A stretch of DNA of 38,201 nt from an uncultured Synergistales bacterium. GTDB taxonomy: Bacteria > Synergistota > Synergistia > Synergistales > Aminobacteriaceae. Positions 9,531 through 18,051 of this stretch are shown one piece after another; positions within the stretch are counted from its first letter, which is position 1; the number at the start of each line of letters is the position of its first letter. The translations under genes were made by a program, and so were the position numbers. The notes below the pieces were generated by a model. That model made no database searches. It saw only the letters and a program-made list of their open reading frames with translations, and was not told the DNA's origin. The DNA lies in the NCBI GenBank assembly GCA_937897575.1, contig CALCQG010000091.1, forward strand, positions 1 through 38,201. Direction: 5' to 3'.

Positions 9531-10324
9531 AGGCATCGGACTACGGGAACGCGTCGCCGAAGGAGGTCCGGCAGCTTATCCGGGAGGGGAAGTGGACCCT
9601 GCCCACACCGGGCATGTGCAAGGGGCACGTCCAGGGCAACCTGGTGATCCTGCCCAAGGACCTCGCCTACGACTTCCTGGTGTTCGCCCAGAGAAACCCG
9701 AAGCCCTGCCCGATCCTGGACGTCACCGAACCGGGGAACCCCGAGCCGAAGATCGTGGCGCCGGGCGCGGACATCACCACCGACATCCCGCGGTACCGCG
9801 TCTGGAAGGACGGGGAGTGCGTCGAAGAGCCGACGGACGTGAAGAAGTACTGGCGGGACCCCCTCGTGGGCTTCCTGCTGGGATGCTCCTTCTCCTTCGA
9901 GGGGGCGCTGCTGGAGGCCAACATCCCCGTGCGGCACATCGAGCAGAACCGGAACGTCCCCATGTACATCACGAATATCCAGTGCACCCCCGCCGGGGCC
10001 CTGAGCGGCCCGGTGGTGGTGAGCATGCGCCCCATCCCGGCCCGTCAGGTGCCCAAGGCGGTGCTCTGCACGGGACGGTTCCCCGCCGTGCACGGCGCGC
10101 CGATCCACATCGGCAACCCAGCCGACATAGGGATAGCGGACATCAACAAACCCGACATGGGCGACGCCGTGGACATCCACCCGGGGGAGGTCCCCGTCTT
10201 CTGGGCCTGCGGCTGCACGCCCCAAGCGGCGATCATGGCGGTGAAGCCCCCCTTCTGCATCACCCACGCGCCGGGGCACATGTTCGTGGCTGACCCGAGG
10301 GACTCGGACTACGCGGTGTTCTAG
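9527..10324 (+). CDS. ycsI: YcsI/DUF1445 putative hydro-lyase (D-glutamate cyclase family)
   Basis: Motifs QGNLVILP, RNPKPCP, GCSFSFE, NVPMYIT, VVSMRP, HGAPIHIG, PVFWACG.TPQ and ITHAPGHM. ATGA overlap with pxpA. Confidence 0.88.
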   Translation: MKASDYGNASPKEVRQLIREGKWTLPTPGMCKGHVQGNLVILPKDLAYDFLVFAQRNPKPCPILDVTEPGNPEPKIVAPGADITTDIPRYRVWKDGECVEEPTDVKKYWRDPLVGFLLGCSFSFEGALLEANIPVRHIEQNRNVPMYITNIQCTPAGALSGPVVVSMRPIPARQVPKAVLCTGRFPAVHGAPIHIGNPADIGIADINKPDMGDAVDIHPGEVPVFWACGCTPQAAIMAVKPPFCITHAPGHMFVADPRDSDYAVF

Positions 10325-10339
10325 ATTTTCAGGAAACAG

Positions 10340-10381
10340 GGGAGCGGAGGACGGCCGAGGGCCGTTCTCCGCTCCCTTTTT
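10340..10381 (+). terminator. Rho-independent terminator of the pxp operon
   Basis: GGGAGCGGAGGACGGCC-GAG-GGCCGTTCTCCGCTCCC followed by TTTTT. Confidence 0.8.
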
Positions 10382-10491
10382 GAACCCGTCCTGAGCGGGC
10401 GGAGGCGGCGGTTATCGCCCGAATTGCCGATACGTCACCCGGCCCCCGTGGGGTAAGATGGTGGCAAGAGTGTTCTCGAGGAGGAATCGCA

Positions 10492-10932
10492 ATGAAGAAA
10501 AGGAAGAACATCGCAGCTCTTGTCGTCGCTCTGTCGCTGTTCGCCGCGACGCCCGTGGCTTTCGCCGGTCTTGGCGACATTCTGAAGGACGGGGCGATCA
10601 TCTTCGGGGGCGGGGCGCTGGTGAAGACCTTCGCGACCCAGATCAACGACTTCATCAACACGCTGACCTTCAACAAGGGGGTCGGGTACGAGGGGTACAC
10701 GAAGGTGGTCCCCATCGTCTCCATCGGCAGCGGAACGAGGATCGGGGCCGCCCAGGTGGGCGGCGTCACCAAGGCCGCCGTGGACAGGACGAAGGCTGTG
10801 GGGCAGCTTGAGGGGACCTTCAGCCGTGTTCGGGCGAAGGCCCTGATCCCCATCGATTCCGAGAATCCGCTGAAGCAGTTCAAGCGGGTGCAGGGCGTCG
10901 GGGTGACGGCGATCATCGACGTGAAGCTGTAA
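10492..10932 (+). CDS. Hypothetical exported protein
   Basis: RBS GAGGAGG, host-like codon usage and a signal peptide (MKKRKNIAALVVALSLFAATPVAFA). No catalytic motif recognised. Confidence 0.75.
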   Translation: MKKRKNIAALVVALSLFAATPVAFAGLGDILKDGAIIFGGGALVKTFATQINDFINTLTFNKGVGYEGYTKVVPIVSIGSGTRIGAAQVGGVTKAAVDRTKAVGQLEGTFSRVRAKALIPIDSENPLKQFKRVQGVGVTAIIDVKL

Positions 10933-11123
10933 GGCTTGAAGAAATCCTCTCCTCCAGACGGGGAGAGGGGCTCGCTGCGGAGTGGGGCATGAAACCGGAC
11001 GAGTAACACGCCCTGCGTTGTCGCAGGAGGAGAGCTTCGGGGTGAAAAGCAGCGTGCCGGGAGCGGGGGTCGACCTTGACCCCCGCTCCCTCTGTGCTCT
11101 GCCCTCGGAAGGTGGAACTCAGC

Positions 11124-11161
11124 GCAACTATGTTGCAAAATGATGCCCTTCCGGCTATACT
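11124..11161 (+). promoter_or_regulatory. Putative sigma70 promoter of modABC with an overlapping short palindrome
   Basis: TTGCAA (11133-11138), 17 bp, TATACT (11156-11161). The palindrome GCAAC-TAT-GTTGC (11124-11136) overlaps the -35 box. Confidence 0.5.
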
Positions 11162-11231
11162 CGCCTGGTACAGGCCGAAGCCCGCTTTTGTCCGAGGGCT
11201 TGGCACATCGTCCCGAAGGAGAGGATCGGTC

Positions 11232-12053
11232 ATGAAACGTTGTGCAGGCACTCGTCGTTCCTTTGCGCTGCTCTTGATCGTGGGCTTCCTCGCCCTCAGC
11301 CCCGCGTCGGCGTATGCCGTCGAGCTGTCCGTCTTCGCCGCGGCCTCCATGACGGAGTCCATGAACAGGGTCGCCGAGGCGTACCGGGCGATCGTCCCCG
11401 AGGTGACCATCGTCTACAACTTCGATTCCAGCGGGACGCTGAAGACCCAGATCGAGCAGGGGGCGGACTGCGACCTCTTCATCTCCGCCGGCCAGAAGCA
11501 GATGAACGAGCTGGACATCACGGCCGACCCCGCCGTGAACAAGGGGGGCCTGAACTTCGTCCGGGAGGGAACGCGGTTCAACATCGTGTCCAACCAGGTG
11601 GTCCTCATCGTCCCCAAGGGGCAGAACAAGAGGGGCATCGCGGACTTCAGGGACGTGACGACGGACAAGGTCGCCCTCGTGGCCCTGGGCAACTCCGACG
11701 TCCCCGTGGGGCAGTACTCCGAGGAGATCTACCGAAATCTCGGCCTCTGGGATCAGTTGAAGGAGATGAACCGAATCACCTACTGCAGCAACGTGAAGGA
11801 GGTCCTCTCCCAGGTCGCGGCGGGCGCAGTGGATTGCGGCATCGTCTACGGCACGGACGCCGCATCGGCGGCGGATAAGGTCGACGTCGTGGCCCAGGCG
11901 CCGAAAGGGTCCCACAGGCCCATCGTCTACCCGGCGGGCGTCATGCGCGCCACGCAGAAGCCCGTCGAGGCCATCGCCTTCGCCAAGTACCTTCAGAGCC
12001 CGGAGTGCGTCGCCATCTTCGAACGCCACGGTTTTTCGAAGCCCGGCGAATAG
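11232..12053 (+). CDS. modA: Molybdate ABC transporter substrate-binding protein
   Basis: Signal peptide, VFAAASMT, NFDSSGTLKTQIEQGA.DLFISA, VPVGQY and GIVYGTDA. Confidence 0.92.
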   Translation: MKRCAGTRRSFALLLIVGFLALSPASAYAVELSVFAAASMTESMNRVAEAYRAIVPEVTIVYNFDSSGTLKTQIEQGADCDLFISAGQKQMNELDITADPAVNKGGLNFVREGTRFNIVSNQVVLIVPKGQNKRGIADFRDVTTDKVALVALGNSDVPVGQYSEEIYRNLGLWDQLKEMNRITYCSNVKEVLSQVAAGAVDCGIVYGTDAASAADKVDVVAQAPKGSHRPIVYPAGVMRATQKPVEAIAFAKYLQSPECVAIFERHGFSKPGE

Positions 12054-12094
12054 ACCGCATCGGCGCCCGCTCGTGACGGGGGCGCCGCTTCGCC

Positions 12095-12808
12095 ATGGAT
12101 CTCTTCCCACTCTACAACTCGTTGCGGGTGGCGGCGATTTCGACGGTCATCACCTTCTTCACCGGCATCGCCGCCGCCTACTATATAGCCAAGACGCCCA
12201 GGGTCGTGAAGGGCGTCCTGGACTGCGTTCTGACCCTTCCCATGGTGCTGCCGCCCACGGTGGTGGGCTTCTTTCTGCTCAAGACCATCGGCCCTCTGGG
12301 CCCCGTGGGCTCCCGCGTGCTGGAGCTCTTCGGGGCCAAACTGGTCATGGTCTGGTACTCTGCCATCTTCGCCACGACGATCGTGACCTTCCCCCTGATG
12401 TATCGCACGGTCCGGGGGGCCTTCGAGGCCTTCGACGAAACGCTGCTGTACTCAGGACAGACGCTGGGGCTCTCCAACACCTATCTCTTCTGGCGGGTCA
12501 TGATGCCGAACTGCAAGCAGGGCATCCTCGCCGGGACGGTCCTCGCCTTCGCCCGGGCGTTGGGAGAGTACGGCGCGACCACCATGGTGACGGGCTACAT
12601 CCCGGGACGGACGGCCACGATCTCCACGACGGTCTATCAGCTCTGGCGTGAGGGCAACGACATCCTGGCCTACAAGTGGGTGGCCATCAACCTGATCATC
12701 TCCGCCGCGGTGCTTGTCGCCGTGAATATGCTCGAAAACCGCTATCGCCAGCCCAGGAGCGCGGCGAAGGACATTCTTTCGGACGAGGAGGGCGTGGGCG
12801 TGCCATGA
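12095..12808 (+). CDS. modB: Molybdate ABC transporter permease
   Basis: Motifs LPMVLPPTVVGFFLL, FPLMYRT and LAFARALGEYGAT. Confidence 0.92.
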   Translation: MDLFPLYNSLRVAAISTVITFFTGIAAAYYIAKTPRVVKGVLDCVLTLPMVLPPTVVGFFLLKTIGPLGPVGSRVLELFGAKLVMVWYSAIFATTIVTFPLMYRTVRGAFEAFDETLLYSGQTLGLSNTYLFWRVMMPNCKQGILAGTVLAFARALGEYGATTMVTGYIPGRTATISTTVYQLWREGNDILAYKWVAINLIISAAVLVAVNMLENRYRQPRSAAKDILSDEEGVGVP

Positions 12809-13866
12809 CCCTCTCCGTGGATATCCGGAAGAGGATGGGCGAGTTTCTCCTGGACGTGCGCTTCGAGGCGGAGAACGAGGTGCTGGCTCTGCTCGGCTCC
12901 TCGGGGTGCGGCAAGAGCGTGACCCTCAAGTGCGTCGCGGGGGTCATGGCGCCCGACGAGGGGCGGATCGTCCTGGACGGCCGGGTCCTCTTCGACTCGC
13001 GGGAGGGGATCGACCTCGCGCCCCAGGAGCGGGGCGTGGGCCTTCTGTTCCAGAACTACGCCCTCTTCCCCAACATGACCGTTGCGGGGAACATCCTCTC
13101 GGTCTTGAGGAGGGAGCGGCGGGACCGTCGGCGGGAGAAGCTGGCCGCTCTGTTGGAGACGTTCTACCTTCAGGGGCTTGAGTCCCACTACCCCTCCCAG
13201 CTCTCGGGCGGACAGCAGCAACGGGTGGCCCTGGCCCGCATCCTCGCGAGCGAACCGGGGCTCATCATGCTCGATGAACCACTCTCCGCCCTGGACAGCT
13301 ACCTCCGGTGGCAGCTCGAGACGGAGCTGGTCCGCCTGCTGGAGCGGTTCGAGGGGACGACGCTCTACGTCTCCCACAACCGGAGCGAAGTCTACCGGAT
13401 CTGCCGGAGGGTCTGCGTCATGCACCAGGGGCTCTCCGAGCCCGTGTGCGACGTGGCCGCCCTCTTCGAGCGGCCGGGCACCCTCGCGGCCGCGCTGCTC
13501 TCGGGGTGCAAGAACTACTCCCGCACGGAGCGGATCGATACGCACACCGTCCTGGCGATGGACTGGGGAATTCCGCTGACCTGCGGCGCGGCCGTTCCGG
13601 AGGACGCCCGGTACATCGGCGTTCGGGCCCACTACTTCAGCCTCTGCGACGGGCCCGGCGAGAACGCCTTTGTCTGCGCGGTGCAGCGGGTGGCGGAGGA
13701 TGTGTTCGAGACCATCCTGACCGTCCGGCCGAAGACGGCGGAGCCGGGACGCACGACTGCGAACATCCGGATCGAGCGGCCGAAGGAGGCGGTGCGGGGC
13801 ATCAGGGAGGGCGACGAGGTCTGGGTCGCCGTCCGCCCCAAGGACGTCATGCCCCTGCGCCATTGA
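12805..13866 (+). CDS. modC: Molybdate ABC transporter ATP-binding protein with TOBE domain
   Basis: Walker [30 protein letters not shown] and LDEPLSALD. ATGA overlap with modB. Confidence 0.9.
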   Translation: MTLSVDIRKRMGEFLLDVRFEAENEVLALLGSSGCGKSVTLKCVAGVMAPDEGRIVLDGRVLFDSREGIDLAPQERGVGLLFQNYALFPNMTVAGNILSVLRRERRDRRREKLAALLETFYLQGLESHYPSQLSGGQQQRVALARILASEPGLIMLDEPLSALDSYLRWQLETELVRLLERFEGTTLYVSHNRSEVYRICRRVCVMHQGLSEPVCDVAALFERPGTLAAALLSGCKNYSRTERIDTHTVLAMDWGIPLTCGAAVPEDARYIGVRAHYFSLCDGPGENAFVCAVQRVAEDVFETILTVRPKTAEPGRTTANIRIERPKEAVRGIREGDEVWVAVRPKDVMPLRH

Positions 13867-13889
13867 GCGCAGAAGTAGCCTTAGCGCAA

Positions 13890-14460
13890 GAAAAACGGAT
13901 ATGCGATCTCCGCCAATCCAGAGAAGGGATTATACATTCGACACCGCAATGAACACATCAAGGTCAGTGACTTGACCGATCTGTATCTCGGCTCCCATTC
14001 TACGGTCTACAAGATGCTTGCCCGCGGGAGACAAAGAGACTTCACGATCCACACGAGCATAAATGCACGCTTTTACACCCTTCAGTGGGGCTTTGCCGCC
14101 TTGCGAAGATAGAAAGAGGCCCTGAGAAGCGATTGAAAAAGGAGAAACGGTATAAGCAGATGCCCGACGATAGGGAGTGAGCCGAATCAGTCGCTTATGC
14201 CGAACGAAGCAAAGGCGAACAAAGACTACCTAGTCAGATGGTCCACGGTGATACGAAACGCCTTCCGCTGCTCAAGGGTCAGAAGACGACAGACCCGAGA
14301 GAGTATCTCTTTGTAGCGGTGGATGACTTCAGCAGAGAGCTCTATACAGCCAGACTCCCCGACAAGACATCCACCTCGACTCGTCACTTTCTGGAACAAA
14401 TCCTGAAAGAAGTGCCCTACACCATAGAGATGTACTATGCGAGCAACGGCTGAGAGTACA
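13890..14460 (+). pseudogene. Degenerate IS481-family transposase (frameshifts and stops)
   Basis: Fragments in several frames: KVSDL..LY..S.STVYKMLARGRQRDFTIHTSINARF..L.WG, then RLAKIE, then VHGDTKRLPLLKGQ...REYLFVAVDDFSRELY...PDKT...FL.....PYTIE...SNG* (rve integrase core). The C-terminal catalytic part is absent. Confidence 0.75.
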
Positions 14461-14835
14461 CTGGTTCTCCTTAATTTAAGAAACCACCTTGCACAAGGTA
14501 ACGGCAGATATGACTTTATGAAAGATCTGGGGAGCACTGAATCGCAAGTCCTAAATCAGCAATATAGGTTTGGTTATGTACTCCTGTTGACAAATGATCT
14601 CTCCTACTGCTTCCCTCCTAGGAATAACAACGTAGAGTATGCTGCTTTCAGCATTCACGGTGGAGCAGGAACACAGAGAACCATGGCTTAGGATCAACAG
14701 ATGGAGCAAGGTAGCATTCAAGTCAGAGTGAAGCGATCGTTTTAAGATCTAGATACACAATCAGGTGATAAGATTACAGTAATTTTGCAGAGGCAGATAG
14801 CAACGCTAAAAAGTTTCGGTATCTTTTCCTCATCG
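14455..14835 (+). pseudogene. Decayed 3' part of a conserved hypothetical (possibly PD-(D/E)XK-like) gene
   Basis: Segments LRNH.AQ..GRYDF.KD, GYVLLLTND.SY, AAFSIH.G, MA*(W?), IVLRSRYTIR**DYS and KFRYL follow in order across stops and a frameshift. I recall this pattern from a widespread uncharacterised family but cannot name the family. Confidence 0.4.
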
Positions 14836-14858
14836 CGACACGCACGCCTTCATGTCTT

Positions 14859-15062
14859 GTGGTGAGGACTGAAAAACAGGGTACCGGTCAGATAGTTTCC
14901 GGGAAGAATGAGTCTAAGAAGGTTCGAGAACTAGTACAACTGATAAAATCCTATAAAGATACAGAGAACTTGCCCCTGGAGAGAAAGCACTCCGACACTT
15001 CTGCTCATGCGATTGAGGAGATTATTAAAAATAATAATGTAATAGGTTGGTGGAAGAGATGA
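14859..15062 (+). CDS. Short ORF or gene remnant whose stop overlaps the methyltransferase start
   Basis: 67-aa ORF. Its TGA overlaps the MTase ATG (ATGA, 15059-15062). No good RBS and no recognised motif. Confidence 0.3.
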   Translation: MVRTEKQGTGQIVSGKNESKKVRELVQLIKSYKDTENLPLERKHSDTSAHAIEEIIKNNNVIGWWKR

Positions 15063-16039
15063 GCGACCTGCTTTACAAGACTGAATTCGGTAAGTATTAT
15101 ATCGGGAAGTGCGAAGAAAATTTAAAACATCTTAAGCTGAAACAAAAAGTACAGCTTATCCTTACTTCACCACCATTTCCTCTAAACAATAAAAAACGGT
15201 ATGGAAATCTTGTAGGAGAAGATTATTTAAAATGGTTCACCAGCCTCGCTCCCCTGTTTTCCAGTTTATTGACGCCAAATGGCTCTATCGTGATAGAGGT
15301 GGGTAACGCATGGGAAAGGAACAGGCCGGTGCAGTCTTTACTGCATCTGAAATCCCTAATGAATTTTGTGGAAAACAAAGATGCTGGCTTAAGATTATGT
15401 CAGGAATTTGTTTGCTACAATCCTTCACGGTTGCCTTCCCCGGCTCAATGGGTAACAGTACAAAGGATTCGGGTGACGGACAGCTTCACTCATATCTGGT
15501 GGATGTCCAATTCAGATTATCCTAAAGCGGATAACAGAAAGGCCCTCAGACCATATAGTCAAAGCATGAAAGACCTAATAAGAAACGGGAAATACAACGC
15601 AGGAAAAAGGCCGTCGGAGCATAATATTAATGAAAAGAGTTTTTTGAAAGATAATGGCGGTAGCATATCTCATAATGTCTTTGAATTGGAGATGGTTGAT
15701 GAAAAACGGGAACTCCGCCCACCTCATTCCATGTTCAGCATTGCAAACACTAGGTCAACAGATTTCTATACACGTACATGCTCGGACAGGGGTATAGTAC
15801 CTCATCCAGCTAGGATGCCTCTTGAACTGGCAAGTTTTTTCATCTCGTTTCTCACCGATGCGGGAGATATTGTGCTTGACCCATTTGCAGGAAGCAACAC
15901 CACGGGTTTTTGCGCAGAAAAACTAAAACGAAAATGGATAAGCATAGAAGTCGATGGTGATTACGGCATCCAGTCCCTCATACGTTTTGAGGAACCGATT
16001 TTAAAAGCGCAAATTAGAAAGGGAGCTGTATGTAAATGA
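15059..16039 (+). CDS. Site-specific DNA methyltransferase, beta class, M.PvuII-like (probably N4-cytosine)
   Basis: Catalytic motif IV TSPPF precedes SAM-binding motif I DPFAGSNTTG. Segments KK.YGN, NPSRLPSP..WV, KDNGGSI and HPARMP are colinear with M.PvuII as I recall it. Confidence 0.9.
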   Translation: MSDLLYKTEFGKYYIGKCEENLKHLKLKQKVQLILTSPPFPLNNKKRYGNLVGEDYLKWFTSLAPLFSSLLTPNGSIVIEVGNAWERNRPVQSLLHLKSLMNFVENKDAGLRLCQEFVCYNPSRLPSPAQWVTVQRIRVTDSFTHIWWMSNSDYPKADNRKALRPYSQSMKDLIRNGKYNAGKRPSEHNINEKSFLKDNGGSISHNVFELEMVDEKRELRPPHSMFSIANTRSTDFYTRTCSDRGIVPHPARMPLELASFFISFLTDAGDIVLDPFAGSNTTGFCAEKLKRKWISIEVDGDYGIQSLIRFEEPILKAQIRKGAVCK

Positions 16040-18038
16040 CAATATCTGATGAACTAAGAAGCATAGTTTCCATCGACATCTTTAAAAAAGGGAAGAAACC
16101 CGAGATGTTTGCTGGTCGTCCCTATTATCTCGACTATGAAAAAACATATCTGCTTGTCGCAGATGCCTGGAAAGAAAAAATAGGAGGTATTCCTCAAAGT
16201 TCATTTCTTCTAGCTTTTTATGAAAATCAACACGACAGTGTTAAAGAGGCCCTTCTTCTTAGAGCGATCAGACCCGCTAAACTTCCTACAGACAACGATG
16301 TAATAGCATCAATGGTAGAGTATTACAAAGACAATCTCAAGACCTCGGGTAAAGAAAATCAGCTTGATGATTACACAAAATACACCTTCGGTTTTTCAGG
16401 TCTAGAGTGCAAGGTCATAGGGACTTTTTATAAGGATACAAATGAAATAGTCCAATTCGGAGGTGATGTGGAAAACTTTTATAGCGCTCATAACTATGTA
16501 GTTTATAAACCAACCTCCGAAGTACTTGAACAAATTGTCAATTTCAGAGACGGCGCTGTGGTAGGTAACGGAAGCGACGTAAAAATAGGGAAGGTAAGAT
16601 ACAGTTCCAGTAGAAGATTCCAAGAAAACCAGCCTGATGTGAATGTTTACGTGAATTCTCAGGACTTTCTCGGCAAAAGGACGGCTCTTTTCGGAATGAC
16701 ACGTACTGGTAAGTCAAACACAGTAAAGAAAATAATAGAAGCGACCACTGATTCAAGTTTTCAATCTATAAAACTAGACGATGGAACAAGTGATATGATT
16801 TCTGATGCAGCTGAGAATCTGGAACAATTCAAAGAAGACGGAACTCCGAAATACAAAGTAGGGCAGATAATTTTTGACATAAATGGAGAATATGCAAATG
16901 CTAATCTTCAGGACGAAGGAACGGCTATTTTCGAAAAATACAGAATATTAACGACCCGCTATAGTGTTCTTGAAAAAAAGATTTTAAAGTTCTAAAGGTC
17001 AATTTCTATAAAGAAATAGAAACGAGCTTTGAACTTTTTACCTCACTTCTTGCAGACGAGAACGTAGACTATGTCAGGAGTTTCTTGTCTATCGACTTTT
17101 CTGAACCTGATACTGATAAGAGTCAGCAAGTTCGGTGGGATAGAAAGATAGCAGCATATCAGTGCTGTTTGCGTGCAGCGGGATTCGAAATTCCAAAAGG
17201 ATTTTCTGTTAAGTTCGTCGGTAATAAGGAAATAAACGACAAAATAATGAAAGGAAAAGAGCTTGAACCTTCAAAGGGAATTTCAATTGATGAGGCCGTA
17301 GCATGGTTCACATGGGTTGCTGAGAACTGCCAGACCGACGATTTTTTTGTTAACTATAAGAAAGAAAAAGGCAACGACTGGGTTGACGAGGACTTGAAAG
17401 CTTTGCTTGTCATGTTGACCAGAAAAAGAAACCTAAGTGGTAGCGCGAATCTTTCAGGGTTTCGCAAATTGGCACCTTTAAAAAAATATCATACAGTATC
17501 TGTGGGAAAATCTTTTGAGATTGAAATAGTAGAAGATCTTCGTAAGGGTAGCATCGTCATAATAGACTTGTCGCAGGGAGATCCTGTAATACAAAAGACA
17601 TACTCTGAGAGAATCTGTAGAAAACTCTTTAACGATGCAATGAATAAGTTTATTAGTAATTCACCCAATAACTTTATCCAGTTCTACTTCGAGGAAGCTC
17701 ACAATCTCTTTCCTAAAAAAGATGACAGGGATTTAAGCCAAATATATAACAGGATCGCGAAAGAAGGTGCGAAACTCAACCTCGGGATGGTGTACGCTAC
17801 CCAGGAGGTAAGCTCAATAAGCTCCAACATCCTGAAAAACACACAGAACTGGTTTATTGCTCACCTGAACAACGAGGATGAATTAAAGGAAGTAAAAAAA
17901 TTTTATGATTTCGGAGATTTTTGCGAAGGCCTAATTCGATTCAGTGCAAGCAGCGACAAGGGGTTTGTTCGGATGAAAGTTTATTCCAACACCTTTGCTG
18001 TGCCGGTACAAATTGACCGTTTCATGGATAACAAATAA
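16036..18038 (+). CDS. herA: HerA/DUF87 FtsK-like ATPase split by a -1 frameshift at 16974-16980 (about 667 aa if joined)
   Basis: 5' ORF (16036-16995): N-terminal HAS-barrel-like region, Walker A GMTRTGKS, IIFDINGEY. The -1 frame is open from 16974 to 18038: IVIIDLS, Walker B FYFEEAHNLF, RIAKEGAK (arginine-finger position) and YATQ. ATGA overlap with the MTase. Confidence 0.85.
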
Positions 18039-18051
18039 CAGGGGGTTAACC

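Noticed and set aside
10933..11231. Possible Moco/Wco riboswitch upstream of modA
   Set aside because: I could not find the conserved aptamer elements, and the likely promoter leaves only a ~65-nt leader.
17085..18038. Treating the second herA ORF as an independent gene with a TTG start
   Set aside because: It has no RBS, the frame is open back to 16974, and it holds only the Walker B half of a single HerA domain.
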